This document shows positions 19,300 to 27,890 of a stretch of 64,000 nt of DNA, piece by piece. The DNA is from Planctomycetota bacterium (GTDB lineage: Bacteria; Planctomycetota; B15-G4; SIAN01). The stretch covers positions 291,012 through 355,011 of the forward strand of contig JANQQL010000005.1 in assembly GCA_028289345.1 (NCBI GenBank). Direction: 5' to 3'. Positions within the stretch are counted from its first letter, which is position 1. Each line of letters opens with the position of its first letter. A program made the position numbers and the translations under genes. Below the pieces are notes generated by a model. The model saw only the letters and a list, made by a program, of their open reading frames with translations. It was not told the origin of the DNA and did not search any database.

Positions 19300-19498
19300 C
19301 CAGCCGGCAGACCGGTGCTCAACCCGGCGCTTCCTGATGAAAAGCAAGTGCCGATCCCGGACGTCTCGCCCACGCAAATTCCTGGCGGATTTCTTCGGAA
19401 ACTTGGCCGCCGCCGGAAAGACAGGAGCAGATGTCAGCACCGGTGCCTGATTCGGTCACACGCTCCCTCTCTCTTCTTCTCCTTTCGAGGATTCGACC

Positions 19499-20740
19499 AT
19501 GCGCCCCTGGACCTCCGTCTCCCTGGCCCTGACCCTCCTTGCCATCGCCCCTGAGAGCTGGGGACAACTCAGCATCGACAACCGTTGCAAGGCGTATCGC
19601 GGTCACAACTCGATCGAGTTCATCGCCCCGATGCCCACGGAAGAGGTGCCGGTGTTCCATGGGCCCATGCCCGCTGCCTGGCACGTCATTCTGGAAATGG
19701 CACTCGAGCAAGACGTCGTGATGCCGACTCGGATCTTCGAAGGCCAGTACCTTCCGTCCCCGGGCATCAGCGTTGCAGTTCCCACCGACCTGAATGGCAA
19801 CGGAACTCTCGGCGACCGCCACCCGGCATTTCCCGACTTGGTTCTGTCAATGGATGACGACCTGATGGTCGCTGGCGTGGTCCTGCCAGGGGGAACGAAC
19901 CTGGCCAGCTTTGTCGAGCTGATCGGCAGCGAGATCGAGCACGGTGGCGAACAAAGCACCACGGTTTCCTGGATCGTCGACGCCGGCTTCACCATCATCG
20001 ACACCAACGGAGACGGCGCCACGGTTTTGTTTGCAGCCGTCGGAAATGCAAGGGACACGGTCACGGTCACCCACGGCTTTGACCCGGTGTACCAACCTTG
20101 CAGCCTTCCAAGCACTCCGACCACGACCCTGTTCACCGCCGACTGGATCAGCACCATTGACCGGGACGTGCTGACCTCCGACGGGCGAGAGGCTTTCTTC
20201 GTCGGCTACGAGGTCCGCATTCCCTGCTACTTCGATTCGAGCACGACGCCCCCCACTCCGATCCCCTTGGATCCGATTCCCGGGCCGGGTTTTGGGGGGA
20301 TGGTCGTCACCGGAAACTTTCCCCTGGTGCCGGGTCCGGGCCCCCACCCGTCGTGGCCCACGGTCTACCTCACGTTCAGTGACGACTACTTCGACGTGGC
20401 CACGGGTTCCGGGGTCGGCGGCGGCATCGTCACGGGGGGAACCTGCGCAACGATCTATGGGGTCACGGGGCCGAACCTGGCCTTCGCCTTCGAGCAGGCC
20501 AGCGTTTCCGCGTGGTACGGCGTCGATGGGGTGCCGAACCTGGCCCCGGGAACCGTGGCGGATGATCAGCTCATCTACCGGTTCACCATGATCGGCGACG
20601 GCATGATCATCGATTCCGACATCCTGCCCCGCGAAATGATGATCACGGCGACGGTGGAGACCGAGTGCAATCTGTTCTCGATCACCAACACCCGGGTCAA
20701 GCACAAGCGCAAGATCCAAACTCCGAATCCCAATCCCTGA
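19499..20740 (+). CDS. secreted hypothetical protein (Gly/Pro/Thr-rich, no recognised domain)
   Basis: Signal peptide MRPWTSVSLALTLLAIAPESWGQ; 43 nt upstream of the ECF sigma gene on the same strand. Confidence 0.6.
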   Translation: MRPWTSVSLALTLLAIAPESWGQLSIDNRCKAYRGHNSIEFIAPMPTEEVPVFHGPMPAAWHVILEMALEQDVVMPTRIFEGQYLPSPGISVAVPTDLNGNGTLGDRHPAFPDLVLSMDDDLMVAGVVLPGGTNLASFVELIGSEIEHGGEQSTTVSWIVDAGFTIIDTNGDGATVLFAAVGNARDTVTVTHGFDPVYQPCSLPSTPTTTLFTADWISTIDRDVLTSDGREAFFVGYEVRIPCYFDSSTTPPTPIPLDPIPGPGFGGMVVTGNFPLVPGPGPHPSWPTVYLTFSDDYFDVATGSGVGGGIVTGGTCATIYGVTGPNLAFAFEQASVSAWYGVDGVPNLAPGTVADDQLIYRFTMIGDGMIIDSDILPREMMITATVETECNLFSITNTRVKHKRKIQTPNPNP

Positions 20741-20782
20741 TCCGAGCGAAGCACCCCCGGGGGATTGAGCTATTGACGCTCC

Positions 20783-21277
20783 ATGACCCTGGACTGGCAA
20801 TCGTTCTTGAAGCGCTACGGCCCCCTGGCTCGCAACATGGCTCGGGGACTGGGCTGCCGGGAGGAGGATGCCGACGATCTGATCCAGGAGGCGTGTGCCA
20901 GTTTGTGGCGCGTGCTCGAGGAGACGCCCTCCCGGATCGAGGGGGAGAGTCACATGCGCAACTACTTTTTGAAAGCCGTCAGGAACCTCTCCCTCCGCAT
21001 TCGGCGTCGCCCGACACCCGCCAACATGGACGATCTTGCGGCCCCCTCGCCCCCGACCCACGACGAACCTCCCCCGTGGGAATCCATGGCCCAAGCCATC
21101 CAACGACTCTCCGCCAAGGAGCAGGACCTGCTCCGACGCCGCTACAGCCGCAGCCAAACCTTCGCCGAGATCGAACGAGAACTCGGCATCCCCGTGTCCA
21201 CCTTGCATTCCCGCCAAGAGCGCATCCTTTCGAAACTTCGTCGAGCGCTGAATCGATGTCAGGAGGCGGACCCGTGA
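20783..21277 (+). CDS. ECF (sigma-70 family, group IV) RNA polymerase sigma factor
   Basis: Region 2 (DADDLIQEACASLWR) and region 4 HTH (QTFAEIERELGIPVSTLHSRQERILSKLRRAL). Confidence 0.85.
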   Translation: MTLDWQSFLKRYGPLARNMARGLGCREEDADDLIQEACASLWRVLEETPSRIEGESHMRNYFLKAVRNLSLRIRRRPTPANMDDLAAPSPPTHDEPPPWESMAQAIQRLSAKEQDLLRRRYSRSQTFAEIERELGIPVSTLHSRQERILSKLRRALNRCQEADP

Positions 21278-21978
21278 ACACCCACTTGGAACGGGACTCT
21301 CTATCGCGCCTCGCCGCGGGGGAACTCGATGCCGAAGAGTCGATGATCGCTCTGAAGCACGTGGAAACGTGCTCCGAGTGTGCCCGAGAACTCGACTTCT
21401 TGGCAGACCTGGTGGCAGCAGTCGATGACCAGTCTCAGTCCGGGACCTCGGCCATCGAGGCCAGGGAACCGACGACACACTCCCGAATGCTGGTCCCGGC
21501 GTTGGCGCTGTTCGTGGTGGTCATCGCGGCTCGGCTGGTCTTGAGAATTCCCGAACCCGTGCTGCCCTCGGTGCACCCCGAGGCGCCGGCCTACTACAGA
21601 GTCGCCCTCCTGGCCGACGACGATTCGCCGAAGGCTCGACTCGATCGAGCCATGACGCCGTATCGAGAAGCAGATTTTGTGACCGCCGTGAAGACATTGA
21701 CGGAATTCTTGGTCCAAGAGCCAGGACACGCACTGGCGCGTTTCTACCGCGGCGTTTGTCACCAGCAATTGCACGACTACAGCTCAGCCCGACGGGATTT
21801 CTTGGCAGCTCAGGAAACCAGCGAGGGATTTCTCCAACGCCACGCCCGATGGCGTCTCGCCCAGGTGGCGATTCAACAAGACGATCCCGATCGGGCTCGA
21901 GAATTGTTGGGGCAACTCGTTCAAGAAGGTCGAGAATTCTCTCTGAATGCGGAGCAGCTTCTTCAAGACCTCCCGTGA
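21274..21978 (+). CDS. anti-sigma factor, ZAS-type (HxxxCxxC) with one TM helix and an extracytoplasmic TPR-like domain
   Basis: GTG 21274 overlaps the sigma stop (GTGA). Motif KHVETCSECAREL; TM MLVPALALFVVVIAARLVL; C-terminal helical repeat region. An alternative start at the internal ATG (MIALKH...) is possible. Confidence 0.65.
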   Translation: MNTHLERDSLSRLAAGELDAEESMIALKHVETCSECARELDFLADLVAAVDDQSQSGTSAIEAREPTTHSRMLVPALALFVVVIAARLVLRIPEPVLPSVHPEAPAYYRVALLADDDSPKARLDRAMTPYREADFVTAVKTLTEFLVQEPGHALARFYRGVCHQQLHDYSSARRDFLAAQETSEGFLQRHARWRLAQVAIQQDDPDRARELLGQLVQEGREFSLNAEQLLQDLP

Positions 21979-24965
21979 TGGACCCAATCGGCCTCGGCTC
22001 CTTCCTTGTCATTGCGCTGCAGACTCCCGCGGACGCTCTCGCGGCGGTCTCCGTCGAGGAGATGATCCGACAGCGCTCTTGCGACTCTTTGCAACGTTGG
22101 GCCGAGAATCGCCCTTGGGATGTGGCGGATCTGTGCGCCAGCCGGGTACGCGGAATTCTCCAAGCGGCCGCTGACCGAGACTCCTTCGTCGAAGATGCAT
22201 TTCGCGAGCAGGCCTGGTTCCTGATCGACTGCTTGACCGAAGCCCCGGCCCCCGAATGGCTGGCTCTGACCCTGGAATGGGACGACGATCAGCTCCGCGA
22301 GGTGCATGAACTTGGTCGCCAACTTCCCGGCTTGGACCACCAGACACTCGCCGGGTGGCAGGAACGGGCGGAGTCCTTGAACGCACTGCCGCTATTCGAG
22401 TACCGACTGAGTCGGTTGGCCAACCGACTGTTCCAAGAAGGACACCGGTCTCTCGCTGACGAACTGGCCGAACAACTGCTGTTCGTCGCGGAAGACGTCG
22501 AAAGCGGATTGACCCTCGCGTGGAGTTTGCATTGGCTGGCCCGGGTCTCCTGGCGACGCGGTGATTTCGAGGAGTCCCAAGAACGATTTCAACGCTCGCG
22601 CTCGCTGTGGCAGGCTCTCGACGACGACCGGGAGGCCTGCTTGGTGTTGCAAGAGCTGTCGTCACTGCAGTTGGTCACCGGGGACCTGACAGGAGCGCTG
22701 CAGTCGTCCCAGGATGCGCTGCAGGAGGCCCATCGCTTGACCGATTGGGACACCCTTCAGCGAGCGGTGGAGATTCAAGCCTCCATCCTGCAGGAGCTGG
22801 GGGAACCCGCTGCGGCTTATCGAGCGCTGCTGTCTCTCGACGAGGTGGGCCAAGGTCGGGAGTCCGAGCCAGAAACACGAGCGCGCCGAGAGCTGATGCG
22901 CGGCACGATTCTCTCCGACCTGGGTCAAGAGACCTTGGCGGAACAAGCGCTGCAACGGGCGGCCGCGGCCGCGGCTCATCCCTCCGCGGTGAACGCCGCT
23001 CCCGAACTCGCCTGGGAAGTTCAGCTTTCGCTCGGCCTCCTCCTCGGAGATCTGGGACACACCGAGGCGGCTCTCTCTACCCTGCAAACCGCCGAGAAAG
23101 GGTTCCTGGCCGGAGAAGACCCCCGGGGCGCCGCATGGGCCTGGAAGAACCGCGGCTGGGTCCTGCAGCGAGCGGGGCGATTCGAGGAAGCCATGGAGTG
23201 GTTCGCCCGAGCCACGGATTACGGCAAAGAGCACTCGCTGCCCTTCCTGGAAGGCTGGTGTGCCTTGGGCCAGGCCGAATGCGCCGTGGATCTTGGCGAG
23301 CTTCCAGAGTCCTTTGGCCCGTGGCTGCAAGTCGCGCAGGAACGCGGCCGGCAACTCGATGACAATCATTTGCGATGGCGCACGTCGGCGGCATTCGCCG
23401 AAGGCTGCCTTCTCCGAGGGGATCTCGAGGAAGCTCTGATCCATCTCCGCTTGGCGGTGAAGCGTCTCGAATCGCTGCGACAGAACCTCGAAGTTCCGAC
23501 CCTCATGACCCACTTTTTGCGACATCGCGCCGATCCCTACCGACGGGCCGCGTCGGTGGCCGCAAGACTCGGCTCCCACCAGGAGTCGTTTCGCTACGCG
23601 GACTTGCTGTGCGGAAGAATCCTCGCGGAAAGCCGGTCCCGGCAGGAATCTCCGGTCTCATTCTCGAAAGCTGTCTCCCAACTGAGACGCCAAGAGAAGG
23701 AGCTCGTGGCCAAGCGCCGCGACCCGGCGACGGACCAAGGGGCGCTCGACTCCGAACTGGTCACGATCCGACATGCTCTCCGAGAAGCTCTGGTCCGCGA
23801 CGAACTCCAAGCCCCTCGCCAATTCGCGCTCCGAGGACTCTCGGTCCATTCGGTGGACTGCTCCCGACTCCAAGAACGGATTGGTGAACTCCCTTTCGAA
23901 ACACTCATCGAATACTTGGTTCTTGATGACAAGACTCTGGTCTACGAAGTCCGCGAGGACGACTTTCGCGTCCACACCTTGGACATTGGTCGAACCGAGC
24001 TGAAACGGCTGGTGGCGCGCTTGCGAGAACCGATCGAGAAATTGCGTGCCGGACAGATTGACCTGGCCCACTTGGGTTTCGATGGGCAGGCTGCTCGCGA
24101 ACTCTACGAACGCCTGGTCGGTCCCTTGCGCGAACGATGGGGCTCTCGCGTGGCCATCGTTCCTGACGGTCCCCTATGGTCCGTTCCCTTCGATGCACTC
24201 GTCACAGCGGGAAAGCCAGGCCCCCTCGAAATCCGTCGACCATTCTCCCATTTGCAGCCCCTGCAGTTCCTGGCCGAAGAACTCGTGATCTCCATCGTTC
24301 CTGCGGCCGCCGTGCTGGCTTGGCCACCGTCAACCCCGCCTGTTCCGCCACAGACGGTGCCCCCTTCCACGGCGAGACGAAACACGATCGGGTATTCGTC
24401 CAGCCACCGGCAGCCGACACTGCCGCCCCTTGTCCCATCGACGGAGGCTTCTTTCTCGCCACCAGTCCTTCACTTCGCACCGGCGACGAGGCAGGACATT
24501 CTTGGCACCGCCGGTCAGGCTCGTGTCCTGCACTTCTTCGCTCACGGTTTCATCGATCGAGACGTGCCACAGAACTCTCACCTCCTGTTTAGGGATGAAC
24601 AAGGTCGACCGGACCCACTTCGGTCCTGGGAGATCGAGCGACTGCCACTGACGGCGGACTTGACGATCCTGTCCGCTTGTCACAGCGGCGAAGGGGCTTA
24701 TCTGCCGGGAGAAGGCCTCTTGGGATTGACTCGAAGTTTTCTCCTGGCGGGATCTCGGAGAGTGGTTGCAAGCCTGTGGGCCGTGGAAGAAGAGTCGACG
24801 CTGCGTCTCCTGGAACTCTTCCAAGAGGCCCTCGCCAGGGGCATGGAACCTGGGCAAGCACTTCAGCGCGCCAAGCTCGAGCTGCGTCGAACCATGGATC
24901 CGCGGGGCTTCTCTCTGGCTCACCCCTATTTCTGGGCGGGCTGGGTGCTGCACACCGCCGGTTGA
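21978..24965 (+). CDS. TPR-repeat / CHAT-domain (caspase-like protease) protein
   Basis: ATG 21978 overlaps the anti-sigma stop (TGATG). Long N-terminal TPR-like helical array; C-terminal CHAT signature with His (ARVLHFFAHGFID, about 24521-24550) and Cys (LTILSACHSGEGAY, about 24671-24696). The 5' part of the 1069-aa track ORF is out of context, since it overlaps the anti-sigma gene. Confidence 0.85.
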   Translation: MDPIGLGSFLVIALQTPADALAAVSVEEMIRQRSCDSLQRWAENRPWDVADLCASRVRGILQAAADRDSFVEDAFREQAWFLIDCLTEAPAPEWLALTLEWDDDQLREVHELGRQLPGLDHQTLAGWQERAESLNALPLFEYRLSRLANRLFQEGHRSLADELAEQLLFVAEDVESGLTLAWSLHWLARVSWRRGDFEESQERFQRSRSLWQALDDDREACLVLQELSSLQLVTGDLTGALQSSQDALQEAHRLTDWDTLQRAVEIQASILQELGEPAAAYRALLSLDEVGQGRESEPETRARRELMRGTILSDLGQETLAEQALQRAAAAAAHPSAVNAAPELAWEVQLSLGLLLGDLGHTEAALSTLQTAEKGFLAGEDPRGAAWAWKNRGWVLQRAGRFEEAMEWFARATDYGKEHSLPFLEGWCALGQAECAVDLGELPESFGPWLQVAQERGRQLDDNHLRWRTSAAFAEGCLLRGDLEEALIHLRLAVKRLESLRQNLEVPTLMTHFLRHRADPYRRAASVAARLGSHQESFRYADLLCGRILAESRSRQESPVSFSKAVSQLRRQEKELVAKRRDPATDQGALDSELVTIRHALREALVRDELQAPRQFALRGLSVHSVDCSRLQERIGELPFETLIEYLVLDDKTLVYEVREDDFRVHTLDIGRTELKRLVARLREPIEKLRAGQIDLAHLGFDGQAARELYERLVGPLRERWGSRVAIVPDGPLWSVPFDALVTAGKPGPLEIRRPFSHLQPLQFLAEELVISIVPAAAVLAWPPSTPPVPPQTVPPSTARRNTIGYSSSHRQPTLPPLVPSTEASFSPPVLHFAPATRQDILGTAGQARVLHFFAHGFIDRDVPQNSHLLFRDEQGRPDPLRSWEIERLPLTADLTILSACHSGEGAYLPGEGLLGLTRSFLLAGSRRVVASLWAVEEESTLRLLELFQEALARGMEPGQALQRAKLELRRTMDPRGFSLAHPYFWAGWVLHTAG

Positions 24966-25076
24966 TGCCACCCCAGGCACCTGGCGGAATGACAAGACCG
25001 CCGCCGCTGGTTAGCCTCTCCATTCGCGGCAGAATGCCGATCACCCGAGCCAAGAAGTGTCCTCAGGAAACCGGAT

Positions 25077-25868
25077 TTGCAAATCACCCGAAGTCGTCCG
25101 GAGCGGGGCAACAAACTCTTGATGCTGTTGGGGAGTGAACGGACCGGTTCGAACCTCCTCGAGAGCTTGCTCAACAACCACCCGGACATCCTTTGCCTGG
25201 GCGAGGTGTTCAAGTTTGGAGCCGGTCGGAGCGCCGTCCGTTTCAAGAAACTCGCCGCCTTGGAGCCGGCGCCGGCGATTCAGGGAGCCCTTCTTCAGGA
25301 CCCGCGTCTGGGATTGGACGACCCGTTTCAATTCATTCGCGTGGCCCGGGCGGAAGACGCAGGTCCTCTCCAGGTTGTGGGATTTCGGGTGTTCTACAAC
25401 CATCTCCCGGGAAGGATGCCGTGGTTCAAGCTGCGCTTTCAACCGGGTCTCCACGTGGTTCACCTCGTGCGCCACAATCTGCTTGCACAGCTTTATTCAC
25501 TCCAGCGAGCGTTGAAAACTCAGGTCTGGGTCGTTCGCGAAAGCCCTCAGGGAACGGTCCCCGTCGAGATCCCCTATGACAAATGTCGTCGGTTTTTTGA
25601 AAAGCGCTCGCGAGAGGTGAGTCTGTTCCGACGCTTGTTCGCGGGCCGGCGCTACTTCGAGCTTTCTTTCGAGCACCTGGTGAACCCGGAGAAACAGCCA
25701 GCTCGACTCGAGGCCCTGCAGCAATTCCTTGGCCTCTCCGCCAAACCGCTGGTTTCCTCGCACCGTCGCTTGAACACCACCCCTTTGCCGCGGTGCATCG
25801 CCAACTACGACGAGCTGCGCGCACGCTTTCAGGGAACCCGCTGGGCGGAGTTGTTTCCCGCCGAGTGA
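25077..25868 (+). CDS. sulfotransferase-family protein
   Basis: PAPS-binding 5'-PSB-like motif LGSERTGSNLLESLLNNHP near the N-terminus, resembling a bacterial sulfotransferase; about 260 aa. Confidence 0.65.
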   Translation: MQITRSRPERGNKLLMLLGSERTGSNLLESLLNNHPDILCLGEVFKFGAGRSAVRFKKLAALEPAPAIQGALLQDPRLGLDDPFQFIRVARAEDAGPLQVVGFRVFYNHLPGRMPWFKLRFQPGLHVVHLVRHNLLAQLYSLQRALKTQVWVVRESPQGTVPVEIPYDKCRRFFEKRSREVSLFRRLFAGRRYFELSFEHLVNPEKQPARLEALQQFLGLSAKPLVSSHRRLNTTPLPRCIANYDELRARFQGTRWAELFPAE

Positions 25869-25990
25869 CGGCGGCGCCCGTTCCGGGGGAAGACGCCGGC
25901 GGCAGCGGCGGTCGATCCGGGGTAACGTGCGCTGGGCGGCCTCAGACTCGAGCTCGCGGACCCCGAGCGACGGAGGATGCGGTGGCGGAC

Positions 25991-26416
25991 AACAAAACCA
26001 AGAAAAACCGCAAGAGCGTTCGCAAGTTCCTGGACGCGGTCGAGCCCGAGCATCGCCGCAAGGACGCCTGGGAACTCTGCAAGCTCATGGAGAGCCTGAC
26101 GGGGGAAAAGCCTTGCCTGTGGGGTGACAGCATCGTCGGCTTCGGTGACTACCACTACGAGTACCAAAGCGGACGAAAAGGAGAGTGGTTTCTTTCCGGA
26201 TTCTCCCCCCGCAAAGCCAGCTTGACTCTGTACATCATGGCCGGCTTCTCCCTTTACGATGACCTCATGGATAAGCTGGGCAAGTTCAAGACAGGCCGGT
26301 CCTGTCTCTACGTCAATCGCCTGAATGACATCGACCGCAAAGTGCTGCGCCGCCTGATCAAGGCCTCGGTGAGCCAGATGCGGAAGCTCGACAAGAAGAA
26401 TCGAGGAGGAAGGTAA
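25991..26416 (+). CDS. DUF1801 (YdhG-like) domain protein
   Basis: ...VRKFLDAVEPEHRRKDAWELCKLMESLTGEKPCLWGDSIVGFGDYHYEY...ASLTLYIMAGF pattern. No in-frame ATG upstream, so the start is taken at the GTG at 25991. Confidence 0.6.
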   Translation, partial: NKTKKNRKSVRKFLDAVEPEHRRKDAWELCKLMESLTGEKPCLWGDSIVGFGDYHYEYQSGRKGEWFLSGFSPRKASLTLYIMAGFSLYDDLMDKLGKFKTGRSCLYVNRLNDIDRKVLRRLIKASVSQMRKLDKKNRGGR

Positions 26417-26419
26417 GCA

Positions 26420-27028
26420 ATGAAGGAATGGAATGGATGGGCGGTGGCCCTGCTGTCGGCGGGATGCCTCCTGGGCTGTCAGACGACCCAGGAGCCCGCG
26501 GCCGCGCCGGAAATGTCCATGGAAGAGATGCAGGCCATGATGATGGAGCTCGCCGCTCCGAGTTCCGGTCACGACCGCCTGAAGTCCATGGCGGGTTCAT
26601 TCGCGGCGAAAACCAAGATGTGGATGGTCCCCGGAGCCCCGGTCCAGGAAAGCGAAGGCACGATGACCAGCGAGTGGATCCTCGGCGGCCGCTTCTTACA
26701 AAGCAAGTTCGAAGGCACCATGATGGGCATGGGATTCGAGGGAGTGTCCTTGCTGGGTTACAACAACGGCACCGGGAACTACGAGGGGGTCTGGGTGGAC
26801 TCGGCCGGCACCGTCATGATGCCGCGCAGCATCGGCACCGCGGATGTCTCCGGCAAAGTGATCACCTTCTCCCGAGAGGTCGACAACATGGTGCCTGGCC
26901 AGACCGAAACCATGCGCGAGGTCATGACCGTCATTGATCACGACAACCACAAATTCGAGATGTTCCGGATCGGCCCCGATGGATCCGAATTCAAGACACT
27001 CGAGATCCAGTACACCCGCAACCCCTGA
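26420..27028 (+). CDS. DUF1579-family lipoprotein
   Basis: Lipobox LLSAGCLLGC; Met-rich; WILGGRFLQSKFEG...GYNNGTGNYEGVWVDSAG pattern of DUF1579. Confidence 0.7.
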   Translation: MKEWNGWAVALLSAGCLLGCQTTQEPAAAPEMSMEEMQAMMMELAAPSSGHDRLKSMAGSFAAKTKMWMVPGAPVQESEGTMTSEWILGGRFLQSKFEGTMMGMGFEGVSLLGYNNGTGNYEGVWVDSAGTVMMPRSIGTADVSGKVITFSREVDNMVPGQTETMREVMTVIDHDNHKFEMFRIGPDGSEFKTLEIQYTRNP

Positions 27029-27119
27029 ACTCGCACGAAGCCTGCCGGTCCCATGAGTGGGCGGCACGTTTCCAAAACCCTCATGGGGCAACCATGCGCC
27101 CCAATCAAGGAGAGACCCG

Positions 27120-27566
27120 ATGAAGAAGCTGTTTCTCTTGGCCCCCGCGTTGGTCTTCGTGGCTTTCGCCCTGCCGCGTGTCGGTAGCGACGAGAAAGCC
27201 GTCCACCAAGCCGTCCTCGACTACGTCGAAGGCGTGTACGACTGCAAGCCCGAGCGCATGGAGCGCGCCGTTCATGAGAAGCTCCACAAGTTCGGCTTCG
27301 CCCAGCGTGGGGAAGACAAGACCTACCGCGAACTTCCCATGACCTACGAAGAGCTGGTCCATCTCTGCAAGGATTACAACAAGGACGGCCGCATCCCTGC
27401 CGACGCCCCCAAGGAGATCGAAATCCTCGATCTCCTTGACCAAACGGCGGCTGTCAAACTCACCGCCTTCTGGGGAATCGACTACATGCACCTCGCCAAG
27501 TACGACGGTCAGTGGAAGATCGTCCAGGTCCTGTGGCAAACCGTTCCGAAGTCGTCGGCGGAGTAG
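27120..27566 (+). CDS. secreted NTF2-like / SnoaL-like small protein
   Basis: Signal peptide MKKLFLLAPALVFVAFA; about 130-aa body (VHQAVLDYVEGVYDC...FWGIDYMHLAKYDGQWKIVQVLW). ATG 27120 after aaggagag. Confidence 0.6.
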   Translation: MKKLFLLAPALVFVAFALPRVGSDEKAVHQAVLDYVEGVYDCKPERMERAVHEKLHKFGFAQRGEDKTYRELPMTYEELVHLCKDYNKDGRIPADAPKEIEILDLLDQTAAVKLTAFWGIDYMHLAKYDGQWKIVQVLWQTVPKSSAE

Positions 27567-27890
27567 TTGCAAACACGCCGGCTCATCGAGAGCCGTCGAC
27601 AACGAAGCGTTTCGGGTCGCTTCTTCGCAACAATCTCAGCCCCGGGCTGCCTCATGCAGCTCGGGGCTGTTTCTTTGGCGCACGGATTTCGTCGATCCAG
27701 GAGACCCACGGAAGCCATTGCCAGGCGGGATCCATTGGAACAAGTCATCCTCGTCGTCGCGAGCGCCTCGGGGCTCTGACACCACCTGGCCGCCAGAGCG
27801 TCTGCGACCGGTTCCGTCCACAACCGTAAGTTCGTCAATGGTCGGCAAACCGGCGGGATCTGGCATGCCCGAAAAAGCTAAGATCCGGGC

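Noticed and set aside
19215-19499. sigma-54 promoter upstream of the secreted-protein gene
   Set aside because: I looked for GG-N10-GC with TGGCAC/TTGCW-like flanks. The only near-match (TGGCGGATTTCTTCGG) has the wrong dinucleotide at -12.
21756-21977. 5' extension of the TPR-CHAT ORF
   Set aside because: It overlaps the anti-sigma gene in another frame. A canonical ATG sits exactly at the anti-sigma stop (21978), giving a typical coupled start.
21978-24965. TPR-CHAT protein as a Craspase (Csx29) component of a type III-E CRISPR system
   Set aside because: No CRISPR repeats, cas7-11/gRAMP or other cas genes are present anywhere in the 64 kb. The context is an ECF/anti-sigma operon instead.
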